Source: Collinsella sp. (lineage in GTDB: Bacteria; Actinomycetota; Coriobacteriia; Coriobacteriales; Coriobacteriaceae). From it: a stretch of DNA of 60,111 nucleotides. A program made the position numbers and the translations under genes. Below, piece by piece: positions 58,143-60,111 of the stretch. Numbering within the stretch: the stretch's first letter is position 1; each line of letters opens with the position of its first letter. The stretch lies in contig DBFDDV010000107.1 of NCBI GenBank assembly GCA_048302525.1, forward strand, positions 1 through 60,111. The letters are read 5' to 3'. The notes below the pieces were generated by a model. The model was not told where the DNA came from and made no database searches. It saw only the letters and a program-made list of their open reading frames with translations.

Positions 58143-59183
58143 ATGCCTGAGCTCAACCCCGTCCGCATTGCCGTTATCGGTGCCGGCGCCATGGGCCGCA
58201 ACCACATCCGCTTTGTCACCGAGGAGCCCGAGGCCGAGCTCGTCGCCATCGCTGACGCCTTTGAGGGCGCCCGCGCCACGGCCGAGGCCGCCGGCGTGCC
58301 GTTTTATACCGATCCCGCCCAGATGATGGACGAGGTCAAGCCCGAGGCCGTCATCATCGCCACGCCCAACGACCTACACCTGGGCGTTGCCCGCGAGGCC
58401 ATCAAGCGCAACATCGTGCCGCTGGTCGAAAAGCCGATCTCCAACGACCTCGAGGATGCTCAGGCCTTCGCCGCCGAGGCCGAGACCGCCGGCGTGCCCG
58501 TGCTCGTGGGTCAGCACCGTCGCCACAATCCCTTCGTCAACAAGGCCAAGGAGATCATCGAGGCCGGCGAGCTGGGCAAGCTCACCGTGTCGAGCTTCCA
58601 CTACATGATCTATAAGAATGACGAGTACTTTGACGTCGAGTGGCGCCGCAAGAAAGGTGCCGGCCCAATCCTGGTCAACCTGGTGCACGACGTCGACCTG
58701 CTCCGCTACCTGCTGGGAGAGCCCGTTGCCGTCCAGGGCATGCAGTCCAGCGCCGCCCGCGGTTTTGAGACCGAGGACTCCGCCGTGGTCAACGTCCGCT
58801 TCGCCGATGGCGCGCTCGCGAGCATGACCATCTCCGACGCCACCGCCAGCCCCTGGAACTGGGAGGCAACCGCTCGCGAGGACCCGCAGTACCGCCCCTT
58901 CGACGCCGACGCCTACTTTATCGGCGGCACTAAGGGCGCCCTGTCGCTGCCCCGCCTGCACCAGTTCTCCTACGACGGCGCCTCCAACTGGCACAAGCCG
59001 CTGCAGATGGAGATTCCGGCCGTCGACCCGGCACTGCCGCACAAGATGCAGCTCAAGCACTTTGTGAAGGTTGTCCGCCGCGAGGTCGAGCCCGTCGTGA
59101 CCCCCGCCGACAACGTTAAGACGCTCACGCTTCTCAACGCCATCAAAGAGGCCGCCGAAACCGGCCAGCTCGTCGAGCTGTAA
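58143..59183 (+). CDS. Gfo/Idh/MocA family oxidoreductase
   Basis: IGAGAMG, IATPNDLH, VEKP, GQHRRHNP, INLVHDVD-like NLVHDVD. Confidence 0.92.
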   Translation: MPELNPVRIAVIGAGAMGRNHIRFVTEEPEAELVAIADAFEGARATAEAAGVPFYTDPAQMMDEVKPEAVIIATPNDLHLGVAREAIKRNIVPLVEKPISNDLEDAQAFAAEAETAGVPVLVGQHRRHNPFVNKAKEIIEAGELGKLTVSSFHYMIYKNDEYFDVEWRRKKGAGPILVNLVHDVDLLRYLLGEPVAVQGMQSSAARGFETEDSAVVNVRFADGALASMTISDATASPWNWEATAREDPQYRPFDADAYFIGGTKGALSLPRLHQFSYDGASNWHKPLQMEIPAVDPALPHKMQLKHFVKVVRREVEPVVTPADNVKTLTLLNAIKEAAETGQLVEL

Positions 59184-59426
59184 CGCCTTAGGGCAGACCG
59201 CGGCAGAAGCCCCATGCCGAACCCTTCGGTCCGCCACCAATAAGCCCCTCTTCTTTGCCCCGCGAGCAGCCTCCTGCCCGCGGGGCATTTTGCTACCTTT
59301 CCGACGATTTTTCTGGGCCGAGGGGCCATTTTGCACCTCGGCCTGATTCGTTCGCCACGAAATGGGCCTATCTACTACGTTTAACTGATCATCCTTAGCC
59401 ATGCCGAATTTCGAGAAATAAAAACC

Positions 59427-60111
59427 GACGCTCCTATAAGTTGTCAATAGGCAGTTTGCGGGAGCGCTCCCTTCAATTCGCACAGGAGCTCGTAATACCT
59501 CCTCTCCAGTTTCGTCGACCGCCGTCTCCCATGTTCCAGGTGACCGAGTGAGGCCGCGGACATGCCGAGCCCCGCGGCGGCCTGCTTCTGGGTCACCCGC
59601 ATCGCCTTGCGCATCTTCGCGAGCTCGGGGCCTTCCGGCGCGGCGCCGTCGGGATTCGGGTCCATGAGCACGCGGTACACCTCCCGCGCTATGTAGCGCT
59701 TCAGGCAGCGGATCGCCTCCCTCCGGGACTTCCCCTCGGAGGTTCGCTTCGCCACGTACCTCTTCGTCCTCTCGTCGTATGCCATGCGCTTGATCGCGAT
59801 CTCGTAGAGCGCCCAGTTCGCCTGCCGGTTGCCGCCGCGGTTGAGCCTGTGCCGCTCCGTCTTCCCGCTCGACGCGGGGATCGGGGAGACGCCGCACAGC
59901 ATCGAGAACGCCGCCTCGCCCTTCAGCCTGCCGGGGTTGTCGCCGGCGGCCACGACCAGGGCGGCGGCGGTCGTCGTGCCGCAGCCCTCGATGCCGAGCA
60001 GCGCGGGCGCGTTCGCCTCCAGCAGCGCGCGGATGCGCTCGTCGAGGGACTCGACCTGGCTGCGGGCCTCCTTCCAGACCGCCGCGACGGACCGCAGCGA
60101 GGCCAGCACGC
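59427..60111 (-). mobile_element. IS110-family element, right part (truncated by window)
   Basis: Transposase C-terminus followed by TTGACAACTTATAGGAGCGTC, the probable right end. Confidence 0.8.
59444..60109 (-). CDS. IS110 transposase/recombinase, 5'-truncated, with C-terminal XRE-like HTH
   Basis: IEGCG...AA, FSMLCGVSPIPASSGK, HRLNRGGNRQANWAL, RCLKRYIAREVY; then LAKMRKAMRVTQKQAAAGLGMSAASLGHLEHG. Confidence 0.9.
   Translation of the reverse strand: MLASLRSVAAVWKEARSQVESLDERIRALLEANAPALLGIEGCGTTTAAALVVAAGDNPGRLKGEAAFSMLCGVSPIPASSGKTERHRLNRGGNRQANWALYEIAIKRMAYDERTKRYVAKRTSEGKSRREAIRCLKRYIAREVYRVLMDPNPDGAAPEGPELAKMRKAMRVTQKQAAAGLGMSAASLGHLEHGRRRSTKLERRYYELLCELKGALPQTAY

Noticed and set aside
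59270..59400. Weak repeats (GGGGC(C)ATTTTGC twice) and a small hairpin next to the IS110 end
   Set aside because: Only two loose copies; no clear period or link to an IS target

Overview
High-GC window from a gut Coriobacteriia chromosome, most likely Collinsella (inferred from composition and protein sequences). Left part: a conserved minus-strand block, prfA-prmC-[hicAB]-tsaC-glpK-upp-atp(I)BEFHAGDC-murA-LCP. Middle: a 12.7-kb segment carrying an AAA_14/DUF4143 ATPase-nuclease and a ~3,640-aa LPXTG adhesin. It sits between the two halves of a split REP-like palindrome, with a 7-bp duplication. Next come an amino-acid ABC/M20 peptidase operon and a prenylated-FMN decarboxylase cluster (LpdD-IDI/Nudix fusion, DASS transporter, UbiD of the LpdC/AroY type, UbiX, MerR, two MerR-type promoters). 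Right part: two more AAA_14/DUF4143 genes, pdxK, MarR with a heterodimeric ABC exporter, a GGDEF protein, a LysR-SDR-MFS-Gfo/Idh/MocA unit, and a truncated IS110 with an extra C-terminal HTH. Most notable: (1) the LpdD-Nudix fusion lacking the IDI catalytic Cys, a candidate dimethylallyl-phosphate supplier and prFMN chaperone; (2) 32-33-bp-period repeat arrays upstream of all three AAA_14/DUF4143 genes; (3) the integrase-less island inserted in a REP; (4) several covarying palindrome families and an exact 62-bp-period hairpin array. All calls are by-eye motif recognition; no searches were run.
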